A stretch of DNA of 62,947 nt, counting the filler, from an uncultured Clostridia bacterium (GTDB lineage: Bacteria > CAYTYR01 > UBA6262), in NCBI GenBank assembly GCA_964441745.1. It is 5 parts of 4 records of this genome, joined end to end, with 100 filler letters (N's around TTAATTAATTAA, not from the genome) between each part and the next. Parts side by side here need not be neighbours in the genome. Positions count along the whole stretch, not along the records: positions 1 to 22,511 come from CAYTYR010000003.1; 4 more parts are not named here. One strand, 5' to 3'. Position 1 is the first letter of the stretch. Each line of letters starts with the position of its first letter. A program made the translations under genes and the position numbers. Below the pieces are notes generated by a model that ran no database searches, had not been told where the DNA came from, and worked only from the letters and a program-made list of their open reading frames with translations. Below are positions 1 to 9,559 of the stretch, one piece after another.

Positions 1-970
1 TTAAGGCTTCCAGCATACTGCCTGAATCAGCGACCCATTTACCAGCCAGGTCAAAAGCAGTGCCATGACAAGGTGAAGTACGGACAAAGGGCAAGCCCAG
101 CGTCATGTTCACGCCTCTCTTATAGGCCAGCAGTTTGATTGGGATCATGCCCTGGTCATGATACATGGCAATAGCCAGGTCATACCTGCCGCCGGCGGCA
201 TAATAAAAAGCCGAATCACTGGAAATCGGCCCATCTACATGATAGCCTTTCTTTTTCGCCTGAATCACGGCCGGGATGAGGATATCTTTTTCTTCAGCGC
301 CCAAGATGCCGCTTTCACCAATATGCGGATTTAAGCCGCAAACCACAATCCGGGGTGAATCAATGCCAAAAAATTTCAGGCCTTTATCCCCCAGCTCTAT
401 TGCTTCCATTATTTTTTCGGCGGTAATATTCTTGCTAACATCTTTCAAGGCCATATGCCTGGTTAATAATATAACTTTTAGCGTGCCGCCGGTTAAGAGC
501 ATGACGTATTTGCTGGTATTGGTCAGCTCAGCCAAAAGTTCGGTATGGCCATTATATTTGAATCCGGCCAAATGCAGGGCTTCTTTGCTGATCGGCGCGG
601 TTACTACCCCTTGGATCTCCCCGGCCAGAGCCAGGCGGACTGCTTCTTTGATATATCCTACCGCCGCTTCCCCGCACATTTTCTGGACCTGGCCGATCTT
701 CAATTCATCCATCTTGATATTATCAACACTGATGATATTAATGCGCCCGAATTCAAAGACCGCTTCACCGGGTTTAGTGATAGCCTTGACGGAAAAGCTT
801 TTAACCGGGAAGCGCTTGGGATCCTGAAAAATCTTAATATCCCCGATCAAGATGGGCCGGCAAAGATGATAAATCTCCGGCTCCAGGCAAGCTTTGGCGA
901 TAATTTCGGGGCCAATACCGGCAGCATCGCCAATCGTGATCCCTAAAACGGGTTTTTCCTGTTCAACCAT
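1..970 (-). CDS. pdxA: 4-hydroxythreonine-4-phosphate dehydrogenase (3' end runs off window)
   Basis: Not in the ORF track. Manual translation starts MVEQEKPVLGITIGDAAGIGPEII and ends MYHDQG...NMTLGLPFVRTSPCHGTAFDLAG. It lies downstream of a surA-like gene. Confidence 0.93.
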   Translation of the reverse strand, partial: MVEQEKPVLGITIGDAAGIGPEIIAKACLEPEIYHLCRPILIGDIKIFQDPKRFPVKSFSVKAITKPGEAVFEFGRINIISVDNIKMDELKIGQVQKMCGEAAVGYIKEAVRLALAGEIQGVVTAPISKEALHLAGFKYNGHTELLAELTNTSKYVMLLTGGTLKVILLTRHMALKDVSKNITAEKIMEAIELGDKGLKFFGIDSPRIVVCGLNPHIGESGILGAEEKDILIPAVIQAKKKGYHVDGPISSDSAFYYAAGGRYDLAIAMYHDQGMIPIKLLAYKRGVNMTLGLPFVRTSPCHGTAFDLAGKWVADSGSMLEAL

Positions 971-975
971 ATCAG

Positions 976-2004
976 TTATTCCAACTCATGGGTTTCGATT
1001 TTTGATTTACCCTTTAAATCCTTGAGCCATTCTTCAAATTTCTTTTCCATTGACTGTTGATAGAGCATATTTTGGACATACTCTTTGATTTTCACATTCT
1101 TGCCATTGCCAACTGGCACTTCATCATCCAGTGTCAGCTGTTTGGCTGGTTTAACTTCTTCTACCTTGATCAAATGATAGCCAAAGGAAGTCTTGACTGC
1201 ATCGGTTACCTGTCCTGGTTTTAGGGCAAACGCGGCCTTGCTGAATTCAGGAACCATCGTCTCCTTAGTGAAAAAGCCCAAGTCTCCGCCATTTTCCTTG
1301 GAACCCGGGTCTTCTGAATACTCTTTAGCTAAAGCGGCAAAATCTCCGCCTTTTTTGATCTTGGCCTGGACTTCCTGGATCTTTTTCAGGGCGGCTGACT
1401 GGGCTTTCAGGTCAGCTTTTTCTTCCACCCGGATCAGGATATGCCGCGCCCGTACCTGTTCATCTTGTTTTAGTTCTTTTTTATGTTCATCATAATATTT
1501 CTGGACTTCGGCTTCGGTAGGCAGAACCGCTTTGCTTTTAATCTCTTTATCGATCAACTGCATGACCATTAACTGTTCCTTAATATCATTTTCGAACGCT
1601 TTTTCCGTATATCCCTGACGCTTTAGTTCCTCTTTATATTCCTGGAAATTATTATCTGGCTTAAACCGCTTTTTAACCTCATCGACGCCTTTTTGGATAT
1701 CCTGTTTGGTCACGATAATATTTTGCTTTTTGGCTTCCTGCCGCAGCAGCTTTTCTTCGACCATTTGGTTCAGCATCTCTTTTTTCATTTCCTTAAGCTT
1801 TTCCTCGGCATCAGTCCCTTTGTAGGCCTGGCGGTATTGCTCGATCATCGGCCCGGTCTTTTTATTGAAATCTTCCAGGGTGATGATCTCGTTATTGACC
1901 ACAGCAACGGTCTTATTCACTACTTTCGCCAGTAAAGCGCCGCTGTTAAACAAAGTAATTAAAGCAGCCAGCCCCGCTAATGCAATTAATCCAGCCTTTT
2001 TCAT
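976..2004 (-). CDS. surA: SurA-like periplasmic chaperone / PpiC parvulin PPIase
   Basis: Signal peptide, VAVVNNEIIT SurA N-domain, RARHILI...FAALAKEYSEDPGS..GGDLG..MVPEF..GYHLIK; upstream of pdxA. Confidence 0.85.
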   Translation of the reverse strand: MKKAGLIALAGLAALITLFNSGALLAKVVNKTVAVVNNEIITLEDFNKKTGPMIEQYRQAYKGTDAEEKLKEMKKEMLNQMVEEKLLRQEAKKQNIIVTKQDIQKGVDEVKKRFKPDNNFQEYKEELKRQGYTEKAFENDIKEQLMVMQLIDKEIKSKAVLPTEAEVQKYYDEHKKELKQDEQVRARHILIRVEEKADLKAQSAALKKIQEVQAKIKKGGDFAALAKEYSEDPGSKENGGDLGFFTKETMVPEFSKAAFALKPGQVTDAVKTSFGYHLIKVEEVKPAKQLTLDDEVPVGNGKNVKIKEYVQNMLYQQSMEKKFEEWLKDLKGKSKIETHELE

Positions 2005-2879
2005 TATTTTACTCCTTCACTATTGACGGAGGTGGAACTACCGGCAATGTTAATTTCTTTCAATTTATCAGTATTGATCTTGACATGCCACTTTTTCTTC
2101 AAACCCTCGATCCATTGGTCAAATTTATTCTTTTCTACTACCCGTTCTATATCAGCCTTGGCTTCCTCAAAGCTCTTTTCCCCGGCCGCTTTTTTGTCAA
2201 TAAGTTTGATAATATGGAAACCAAACGCGGTTTTGACCGGTTCACTAAGCTGTCCCGGAGTAGTTAAAGCAAAGGCGCTTTTTTCAAATTCAGGCACCAT
2301 TTCGCCTTTACTGAAGTATCCCATTTCCCCGCCGGTTTTGCCGGAAGTGGTATCCAGGGAAACTTCTCTGGCCAGTTGGCCAAAATCAGCGCCTTTTTTC
2401 AACTGCGCTAAGATCTGTTCGGCTTGGGCTTGTTCTTTCACCAGGATATGCGCCACTTTTATTCTCTCCAGTCCGGTAAACTCGCTTTTATGCTGGTCAT
2501 AATAATTCTTGGCTTCAGCTTCGCCGGGTTTTAGCTGGGATTCCCTGATATTTTTTATCATCTCTTCTAATAAGATCTGATCTACGATTGTGTTTATTTT
2601 TGCCTGAACGGTTTTTTCCTTATCCAGGTTGCGCTCTTTGGCTTCTTGTACGATCAATTGCTCTTTGACCAGCGCGTCCAGCATGGTCTTTTTATCTTCA
2701 TCGGTCCGGATCAAAGCCTGATACTGCGGTGACAACTGCTTTAACCGATCAGTAAAATCACTGCTGGTTATAACTTTAGAGCCAATATTAGCCAAGACTG
2801 TTTGCTTGCGTGAACAGCCGGCCAGTACTACGAAAAGCAAGGCTGCAGTGGCCAAGATTACTTTCTTATTACTATTCAT
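2004..2879 (-). CDS. PrsA/PpiC-type peptidyl-prolyl isomerase lipoprotein
   Basis: Lipobox VLAGC; AHILV...GGEMGYF..MVPEFE..GFHIIK parvulin motifs. Confidence 0.88.
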   Translation of the reverse strand: MNSNKKVILATAALLFVVLAGCSRKQTVLANIGSKVITSSDFTDRLKQLSPQYQALIRTDEDKKTMLDALVKEQLIVQEAKERNLDKEKTVQAKINTIVDQILLEEMIKNIRESQLKPGEAEAKNYYDQHKSEFTGLERIKVAHILVKEQAQAEQILAQLKKGADFGQLAREVSLDTTSGKTGGEMGYFSKGEMVPEFEKSAFALTTPGQLSEPVKTAFGFHIIKLIDKKAAGEKSFEEAKADIERVVEKNKFDQWIEGLKKKWHVKINTDKLKEINIAGSSTSVNSEGVK

Positions 2880-2927
2880 CAATACCCCCTATTTTCCATG
2901 TAATTAAATTTTATTTATATCACACTT

Positions 2928-5900
2928 TTAGAGTCTCTGCAAGATATTTCTTAAAATTCCCCGGGATCCCTTTTTCACTACCAGCGTAAACGGCGGTCCG
3001 GCCAGGAAACTCACCTCTCCGGGAAACCGTTTGGCTAATTGCACTAAAGCGGTTCCCTCAACCTTTGTTTGGGGATGGAAAATGAATTCCCAATGGTCTT
3101 CCTGTTCGTTGATTTCCTCGATCAGCAATCCCTGGCACAAGACGCGCAACTCGATGATTTCGATCAGGTTCAGTACTTCCAGAGGCAACGGGCCATAACG
3201 ATCCTTGATCTCACCCTGGATTTCCTGCAGTTCAGCGAGATTGTTCACCTGTGAAAGCTTTTTATATATTTCCATCCGGGATAGTTCGTCACCAATATAG
3301 GGTACTGGCAAATAGGCTTTGATCCGCAGGTTTATACTAGGGGTAATGGCAATCTCTTTTTCCTGTCCTTTCAAGCGCTGGATATTCTCCTGCAAAAGCT
3401 TGCAATACAAGTCGAATCCCACCTTGGAAATATAGCCGCTTTGCTCCTTACCCAGTAAGTTCCCGGCGCCGCGCAATTCCAGATCCCGCATGGCTATTTT
3501 GAAACCAGAACCAAGCTGGGTAAATTCCTGAATGGCTTTGAGCCGTGCCGCCGCATCCTGGGTAAAGATAAAATTCCCGGGATAGAAGAAATAGCTATAA
3601 GCCCGGCGGCTAGACCGGCCCACTCTGCCCCGCAACTGGTACAGGTCAGCCAGTCCGAATCTCGTGGCATCATCCACGATCAAGGTGTTGACATTGGGCA
3701 TATCCAGGCCTGACTCAATGATGGTGGTAGCGACGATCACATCAAATTTCCTGGCCACAAAATCAAGCATGATCTTTTCCAGTTCGCGGGAATTCATCTG
3801 GCCATGAGCTACTTTGATCCTAGCTTCTGGCACCAATTCGGTTAATTTTTTAGCGCACCGGTCGATAGACTGGACCCGGTTATGCACATAAAACACCTGT
3901 CCGGAACGGGAGATTTCATGGAGAATAGCCTGGCGGAGAACTTCGTCATTATGTTCCATTACATATGTTGAGACCGGTAAACGTCCTTCTGGGGGATTAT
4001 TGATCAAACTGACATCCCGGATACCGCTCAAAGACATTTCCAGTGTCCGGGGAATAGGAGTCGCCGTCAGGGTCAAGACATGCACATTCCGGCAGAGCTG
4101 TTTTATCCTTTCCTTATGGCTTACCCCAAACCGCTGTTCTTCATCCACCACCAGCAGGCCCAGGTCCTTGAATTTAATATCTTTTTGCAGCAAGCGATGG
4201 GTCCCGATAATTATATCCACCAAGCCTTTCCCCAGGTCTTTGATCACCTGGTCATGTTCTGCTTTACTGCGGAACCGGGACAGCATTTCCACGCGCACCG
4301 GGTAATCAGCCAGCCGTTCCCGGAAGGTATTCAGGTGCTGTTCAGCCAAAATAGTAGTCGGGACCAGCACTGCTACCTGCTTATTATTGTTCACGGCTAC
4401 AAAAGCGGCCCGCATGGCCACTTCGGTCTTGCCATAGCCGACATCGCCACAGACTAAACGATCCATTGGTTTTTTCCCGGACATATCATTTTTCACAGCC
4501 TGGATAGCCTGCCTTTGATCCGGGGTTTCTTCATAAATAAAAGCGGCTTCAAATTCCTGCTGCCAGTGGGTATCAGTGTTAAAAGCCTGGCCCTCAATAA
4601 TGGACCGCTCACTGTATAAACCCAATAATTCTTTGGCCAGCTGCAAGGTCGATTCCTGGACCTGTTCCTTGACCCTCTGCCAGGTATTACCACCCAAACG
4701 GTACATTTTAAGCCTGGCGATACCGGGATGAGCTCCGGCGGAAACATATTTTTGTACCAAATTCATTTGTTCTACCGGTACATAGAGGCGGTCGCCTTCA
4801 GCATACTTTAGGGACAAAAAATCTTCTTCTTTGTTCCCGATCACCAGGCGCTGGATCCCTTCGTAGACACCAACACCATATGTTTCATGCACAATATAAT
4901 CATGCTCTTTCAGGTCAGCAAATGGATTTAAGGACAAGGTCGCCGGTTTTTTTATTTTGGCCAAATATTTGCGTTCCAGGTACCGGCCGAAGATCTCTTC
5001 ATCGCTGACTACCGCTAATTTTAAGGCGGTTGATTCAAATCCGCCGGAAATAACCCCGATTTGCATGCGGCAAAAATCAGCATCTGCCGTCAGCAGTTCT
5101 TGCAAGCGTTGTTGTTGCCCGGCATTATCAGCAATCAGGGTCACCGCATATCCCTGGCTGCGCCACTGTTTCAGCCTTTCCCTCAACCGGGGGATAGAAC
5201 CATGAAAGCTTTCCATCGGTTGAAAATCAAAAGACTGCGTTTGCGGCGAGCAGGTCAAAGTTAAGGATAATTCCTGGGCCAGGAAATCTGGCGGCAATCC
5301 TTCCAGGGGTTTCAATAATTCATTTTTGATCAGGATACTATCTGCTTGAAAAATCGACCACAGTGGAGAGTTCGTATTGTCTGAACGTAAAGGCAGGACC
5401 GCGATCTTTTCCAGGGTATTTACTGACCGCTGGGTAAAACTTTCAAATTGCCGCAGGCTTTCCAGCAGATCGCCGTTGAATTCGAGCCGGACAGGATGAT
5501 CGGTCAACGGTATAAAGATATCGATGATCCCGCCACGGACAGAAAACTCACCAGGCCTTTCCACAAAAGGAGTGCGCTGGTATCCGGCAGCTACCAAATT
5601 AGCGGTAAGTTTTTTTAAGTCAATGGTTTGCCCGGCAGTTAAAGAGAAGCGCAATTGTTCGTATTGCGGTAAAGGAATAATGGACTGGGACAGTGCTTCG
5701 CGGCTGATCACACAAAAAAAACTGGTCTTACTCCTGATGGCTTCCAGTAATTGCAGATAACCGTATTCATCATCCAAAAAAATATTCACTTCTTCAGGAC
5801 CGGCAAAAAGAAGCAGGTCTTCATAGAATTTCAGGCTGGGCTCTTCCTCCCCGGCAATGAGCAGGGGACGACCTAGCTGTCGCCCAAGGGCCTGGGCGAA

Positions 5901-6023
5901 AAGAGCTTTGCCCGCCCCGGCTAAACCGGTAACTTCAGGCTTCTGATGAGCCTGCACAGCAGCCAGGATAGCTGCAAAAGCCGGCTGGCTATTAAAAATA
6001 GTAGCGCTGGATAAATCTTTCAT
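2928..6023 (-). CDS. mfd: Transcription-repair coupling factor
   Basis: UvrB-homology RGGIIDIF, CarD/RID domain, GDVGYGKT, DEEQRFG, TATPIPRT, QLRGRVGR, TRCF C-terminus. Start placed at ATG 6023 (MKDLSS) because the longer ORF reads through a repeat. Confidence 0.96.
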   Translation of the reverse strand: MKDLSSATIFNSQPAFAAILAAVQAHQKPEVTGLAGAGKALFAQALGRQLGRPLLIAGEEEPSLKFYEDLLLFAGPEEVNIFLDDEYGYLQLLEAIRSKTSFFCVISREALSQSIIPLPQYEQLRFSLTAGQTIDLKKLTANLVAAGYQRTPFVERPGEFSVRGGIIDIFIPLTDHPVRLEFNGDLLESLRQFESFTQRSVNTLEKIAVLPLRSDNTNSPLWSIFQADSILIKNELLKPLEGLPPDFLAQELSLTLTCSPQTQSFDFQPMESFHGSIPRLRERLKQWRSQGYAVTLIADNAGQQQRLQELLTADADFCRMQIGVISGGFESTALKLAVVSDEEIFGRYLERKYLAKIKKPATLSLNPFADLKEHDYIVHETYGVGVYEGIQRLVIGNKEEDFLSLKYAEGDRLYVPVEQMNLVQKYVSAGAHPGIARLKMYRLGGNTWQRVKEQVQESTLQLAKELLGLYSERSIIEGQAFNTDTHWQQEFEAAFIYEETPDQRQAIQAVKNDMSGKKPMDRLVCGDVGYGKTEVAMRAAFVAVNNNKQVAVLVPTTILAEQHLNTFRERLADYPVRVEMLSRFRSKAEHDQVIKDLGKGLVDIIIGTHRLLQKDIKFKDLGLLVVDEEQRFGVSHKERIKQLCRNVHVLTLTATPIPRTLEMSLSGIRDVSLINNPPEGRLPVSTYVMEHNDEVLRQAILHEISRSGQVFYVHNRVQSIDRCAKKLTELVPEARIKVAHGQMNSRELEKIMLDFVARKFDVIVATTIIESGLDMPNVNTLIVDDATRFGLADLYQLRGRVGRSSRRAYSYFFYPGNFIFTQDAAARLKAIQEFTQLGSGFKIAMRDLELRGAGNLLGKEQSGYISKVGFDLYCKLLQENIQRLKGQEKEIAITPSINLRIKAYLPVPYIGDELSRMEIYKKLSQVNNLAELQEIQGEIKDRYGPLPLEVLNLIEIIELRVLCQGLLIEEINEQEDHWEFIFHPQTKVEGTALVQLAKRFPGEVSFLAGPPFTLVVKKGSRGILRNILQRL

Positions 6024-6055
6024 TAGACTATGGCTCTTAGCTCTTTCTTGGAAAT
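6023..6055. repeat. att-like direct repeat (displaced copy of the fadD 3' end)
   Basis: TTAGACTATGGCTCTTAGCTCTTTCTTGGAAAT, identical to 14087-14119; imperfect similarity continues ~18 bp. Confidence 0.92.
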
Positions 6056-6090
6056 CTTCCCGATGGCGGTTTTCAAGGCGCAAAAACATA

Positions 6091-6252
6091 GCCTCACTAG
6101 CTCGCTGCGCTGATTTCGAAAAACGCATTGTTTTCCTCGGCGAGGAAAATGTACTCAATTCTCGCTTGAGTTCCCCAAAGTACGGGATAAAGAGTCCCTG
6201 CCAACTCAAGCATCCGTAGGTTTTATATACGGCATCACCGGCCGCGCTCGGC
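6091..6252. repeat. ~160-bp structured dispersed repeat, copy 1
   Basis: Shares blocks ACTCAATTCTCGCTTGAGTTCCCC, GGGATAAAGAGTCC, TGCCAACTCAAGC and CGGCCGCGCTCGGC with 62295-62451. Confidence 0.88.
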
Positions 6253-6293
6253 CTTTCAGATTGCGGTGAAATGTCCTTTTATTCTTTAAAATA

Positions 6294-6734
6294 TTAGTTA
6301 CCTATCGAAAATCTAAGAGCCTTAGATATTTTATCTTTTCTTCCAGCATTAATAACCCCATCTCCAGAATGAATACAATTAGAAATTCCTATTAAATTTG
6401 CTGACGCTTCTTCAATATTATCCTTTTCTGGTACTATGTTAAGTAAAGCGAATAATCTATACCAATAAATTGCATTGCTCCTTGCGATCAGAGTACTCGC
6501 ATGTTCCCTTAAAATTAATTGTATTTTATCCAATTCATCCCTTGCGCCAGTCCCTGGATTAGTATATATATTTGCATAAAAGACTAGAGCATTGCTAACG
6601 TTTTCAATACATTTAGCTAGATTTTGTATTGGATCAATAAAAAACTTAGATACTAATTGACCAATAGTATATACTAAAACACTTCCGATAATTGTAAGAG
6701 AAGACATTAAAACTATTTTATAAAATTCATTCAT
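6294..6734 (-). CDS. Hypothetical protein with N-terminal transmembrane helix
   Basis: 146-aa ORF with GAGG RBS, co-oriented last gene of the island. Confidence 0.7.
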   Translation of the reverse strand: MNEFYKIVLMSSLTIIGSVLVYTIGQLVSKFFIDPIQNLAKCIENVSNALVFYANIYTNPGTGARDELDKIQLILREHASTLIARSNAIYWYRLFALLNIVPEKDNIEEASANLIGISNCIHSGDGVINAGRKDKISKALRFSIGN

Positions 6735-6810
6735 AAATCACCTCATCGATATAAACATTTACTTTGGGGACATTATTCTCATTACAAATTAAAGAAACCC
6801 GCCCTCATAT

Positions 6811-8346
6811 TTATTTGATTTGCCTTAATTTGCTTACTAACTCAGCTACTTCCTTGCCTTTTTGCTCAATTATATCTAGCAATTCCTCAGGCGTACGAGT
6901 ATCTATTACTGTTTTGATATTAGGATTAACAGCTTTAAGATCAAAGTTGTTTTCTTCAATTATAGCTCTGGTTACGGTCCAACTTCGTTCGCTATCTGCT
7001 CTTTTAGGTAATAGCCTAAAGAATTCTTCAAATTGAGCCAGAGTTAACGGCTTCTTTTTAGCTACTTTAATCCCTGATAAGTCGTAATACCAGATCTTCT
7101 CAGTAGATTTGCCTTTGGTGAAGAACACTATATTAGTTTTTACCCCTGCACCTGCTGATGTGAAAACTCCCGGAGGTAGACTTACTATGCACCAAACATC
7201 ACAATCATCCAATAATTTTCTTTTGGTTTGGACAAAAGCAGCCTCATTGTTCCTAAAAAGAATGCCCTCATCTAAGACAATTCCGCATCTGCCCCCAGAT
7301 TTCAGACTTGCTATGACATGCTGGAGGAAAAGGACCTGAGTTGAGCCTGTTTTATAGGCAAATCTGGTCTGTGCATCTTTACCTTCCTTCCCTCCAAACG
7401 GAGGATTCATAAGCATCACATCAAATAACGGCGGCGCTCCTTGAAATAAACCGCCATAGGTTTCAGCTCCGGTAAGTGTATTTCCATGCCATATATGAGG
7501 ATCGTCAATCCCGTGCAGGATTAAGTTCGCCAAAGCTATAGGATAAATTGCATTATCTTTCTCACGTCCAAAAAAAGTCTTTTCCTTTAAAGTTTCTAAT
7601 TGATCTGGCCCTTTAATCTTCTCGTTATTTTGCCCGGCCATATACTCAAACGATTGAGCAAGGAAACCACCTGTCCCGCAACCAGGGTCGTATATTGTCT
7701 CGCCGACTTTAGGATCAATGACTTTTACCATAGCACGGATTACTTCCCGCGGGGTAAAGAATTGCCCGCCATCATTACCTCTTTCACCCATTTTTAGGAG
7801 CAAGCCCTCATACACTTGGGAAAGTGGAAAGACATGAGTTGGATCAACATTGGCATGACTAATGTCATTAACCTTATCTAATATATCAAGAAAGTTCCGT
7901 TCCGTATCTATTCGGGTCCTCTCTACACCAGACATTATTTCGCTAATTACTTTCTGCCTAGTTGTAGCATTAGGCCTTTCCCGTAGTTTCTTAAGATATG
8001 GGATTAACTCGCTATTAATAAAACCGAAAAATGCTCCTAAAGCTGCGTTTTGCAATTCAAGCCGCTTTTTGCCATTAGGTTCGGCCCAATCTTGCCAGCG
8101 ATATGGGGCAGTAAGTGAAGGTGAATATTCATGGCCTACTGCTTTTGCTTCTTCTTGTTCACGTATTTCTTTCTCATCAAGTATACGAAGGAAAAGAATC
8201 CAAGTTAATTCTGGAACATATTGCAATGCCCCAGCGCAGTTTGATCTGCGCATAATATCGCAGATAGATTTAACTACAGTATTTACTGATTGCTGTGTAG
8301 ATAATTTTTTACCATTGCCCTTATTAACATGTATAACTTTTGTCAT
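6811..8346 (-). CDS. hsdM: Type I RM N6-adenine methyltransferase subunit
   Basis: GQFFTPR, DPGCGTGGFL, NPPF motifs; start ATG 8346 just after the hsdS stop. Confidence 0.95.
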   Translation of the reverse strand: MTKVIHVNKGNGKKLSTQQSVNTVVKSICDIMRRSNCAGALQYVPELTWILFLRILDEKEIREQEEAKAVGHEYSPSLTAPYRWQDWAEPNGKKRLELQNAALGAFFGFINSELIPYLKKLRERPNATTRQKVISEIMSGVERTRIDTERNFLDILDKVNDISHANVDPTHVFPLSQVYEGLLLKMGERGNDGGQFFTPREVIRAMVKVIDPKVGETIYDPGCGTGGFLAQSFEYMAGQNNEKIKGPDQLETLKEKTFFGREKDNAIYPIALANLILHGIDDPHIWHGNTLTGAETYGGLFQGAPPLFDVMLMNPPFGGKEGKDAQTRFAYKTGSTQVLFLQHVIASLKSGGRCGIVLDEGILFRNNEAAFVQTKRKLLDDCDVWCIVSLPPGVFTSAGAGVKTNIVFFTKGKSTEKIWYYDLSGIKVAKKKPLTLAQFEEFFRLLPKRADSERSWTVTRAIIEENNFDLKAVNPNIKTVIDTRTPEELLDIIEQKGKEVAELVSKLRQIK

Positions 8347-8347
8347 T

Positions 8348-9559
8348 TTATAATTCTCCATTAAATGCTCGTTGCAATACTGCCAAAGCAAGAGTCCCAA
8401 TTAAATTTGGTTGTTCTTCCATATTCTTTATTAGTTCTTTTGATTCTTCTAGCTTTTCTCTTAGTTTCATGCTTATTAATTGCTGTTCATCAAGAGATGG
8501 TATAGGAATTTGTTGCTCAAGAACCTGTTTATCAGTAACCGCCGGATAAAGTGCTCCTTTAACTAAACTGGATAATCGTTCTATAAAATCACTATTTTGG
8601 GTATATAGGAAAAGGTAGCGGCTGTCTAAATTTGCTTTAGGCCGGAGGACACAAAAACCCGTACTACAGATTTGATTACTAAATTCGTTAGATATCAATG
8701 CAACAGCATTAAGATTAGGACGCGTCGTAGAAAGAATCACATCGCCTGAATAAACAACCTGACGAGCTCTACTGGGAGCATTAATACCAAGCAATATTTG
8801 TGGAGTAGTGATTATTTTCCGTTTATTATCAATACTTGATATATCAATATAAATAAATTCTTTAGTTGGCTCAATTCGTGGGTCTCTTGTTGCTATGTTC
8901 TTTTCACATACTTCACCCAACTTCTTCTTTGGCCATTTTTGGGCTTTGGGGCTATTAAAAACCTGACGAAGATAGGCACTGGGTAAAGATTTGGCAGCTT
9001 CTATTTGTGTCTCGCAAGCAGCTTTGGCTTTTGCTACAGAGGACATTTGGGTTTGGAGAATAGAAGCAATGCGTTTTTGATCAGATAAGTGAGGGAGCAT
9101 AATTTCTAAATTCGCCAATTGTGAAAACCTTAGATTCTGTATGTTTGCACCGCGTGCCTGTGTATCTCGCCAAGCAAAGTAGTTTGGCGATTTAAACCAA
9201 AATCCCATATAATCTGCAAAGATGGTTTCTTTTGGCCGCACAATTCCACAAAATGCACCAACAGAACCTTCCCAATCTTCCTTTAATTGTGCAGTTTTAC
9301 CAACAACCAATGGGCTGCCAGATGACATACAGATTACTATATCTCCCTGCCTTAGATGTTGCTCATTTGCAACCTTATTTTCCATTACCCATATTAAATC
9401 ACTTTCCAAATCCAACTTGGATGCAATATTACCAGCTCGTAGAATAGGCAAGTACTTTGGTAAAGACGTTGTGCTAATTTCTGATTTGTCAAAACTCACA
9501 CCTCTAATAAACTTGCACAGTCCACCAAGTTTAACTTTCTTCCAATCTTGAGCTGTCAT
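8348..9559 (-). CDS. hsdS: Type I RM specificity subunit (two TRDs)
   Basis: W..VKLGGLC / WPKKKLGEVC repeats, PHLSDQKRI / PSLDEQQLI, C-terminal LQRAFNGEL. Confidence 0.93.
   Translation of the reverse strand: MTAQDWKKVKLGGLCKFIRGVSFDKSEISTTSLPKYLPILRAGNIASKLDLESDLIWVMENKVANEQHLRQGDIVICMSSGSPLVVGKTAQLKEDWEGSVGAFCGIVRPKETIFADYMGFWFKSPNYFAWRDTQARGANIQNLRFSQLANLEIMLPHLSDQKRIASILQTQMSSVAKAKAACETQIEAAKSLPSAYLRQVFNSPKAQKWPKKKLGEVCEKNIATRDPRIEPTKEFIYIDISSIDNKRKIITTPQILLGINAPSRARQVVYSGDVILSTTRPNLNAVALISNEFSNQICSTGFCVLRPKANLDSRYLFLYTQNSDFIERLSSLVKGALYPAVTDKQVLEQQIPIPSLDEQQLISMKLREKLEESKELIKNMEEQPNLIGTLALAVLQRAFNGEL

Noticed and set aside
61-80. PdxA motif RTSPCHGTA instead of the usual RTSPDHGTA
   Set aside because: A single substitution whose significance cannot be judged without an alignment.
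276-946. Plus-strand ORFs 276-827 and 545-946, and the many other antisense ORFs in the track
   Set aside because: Shadow frames of well-supported genes on the opposite strand (here pdxA), with no recognisable motifs.
6024-6209. 62-aa N-terminal extension of Mfd in the ORF track
   Set aside because: It reads through the att duplication and the structured repeat; the TAATG coupling points to ATG 6023.
6091-6252. Integron attC site or tRNA
   Set aside because: No RYYYAAC/GTTRRRY ends, no integron integrase, and no cloverleaf or T-loop motif. Kept as an unclassified repeat.
8348-9559. Phase-variable hsdS shufflon
   Set aside because: Single hsdS; no inverted repeats, silent TRDs or invertase seen.
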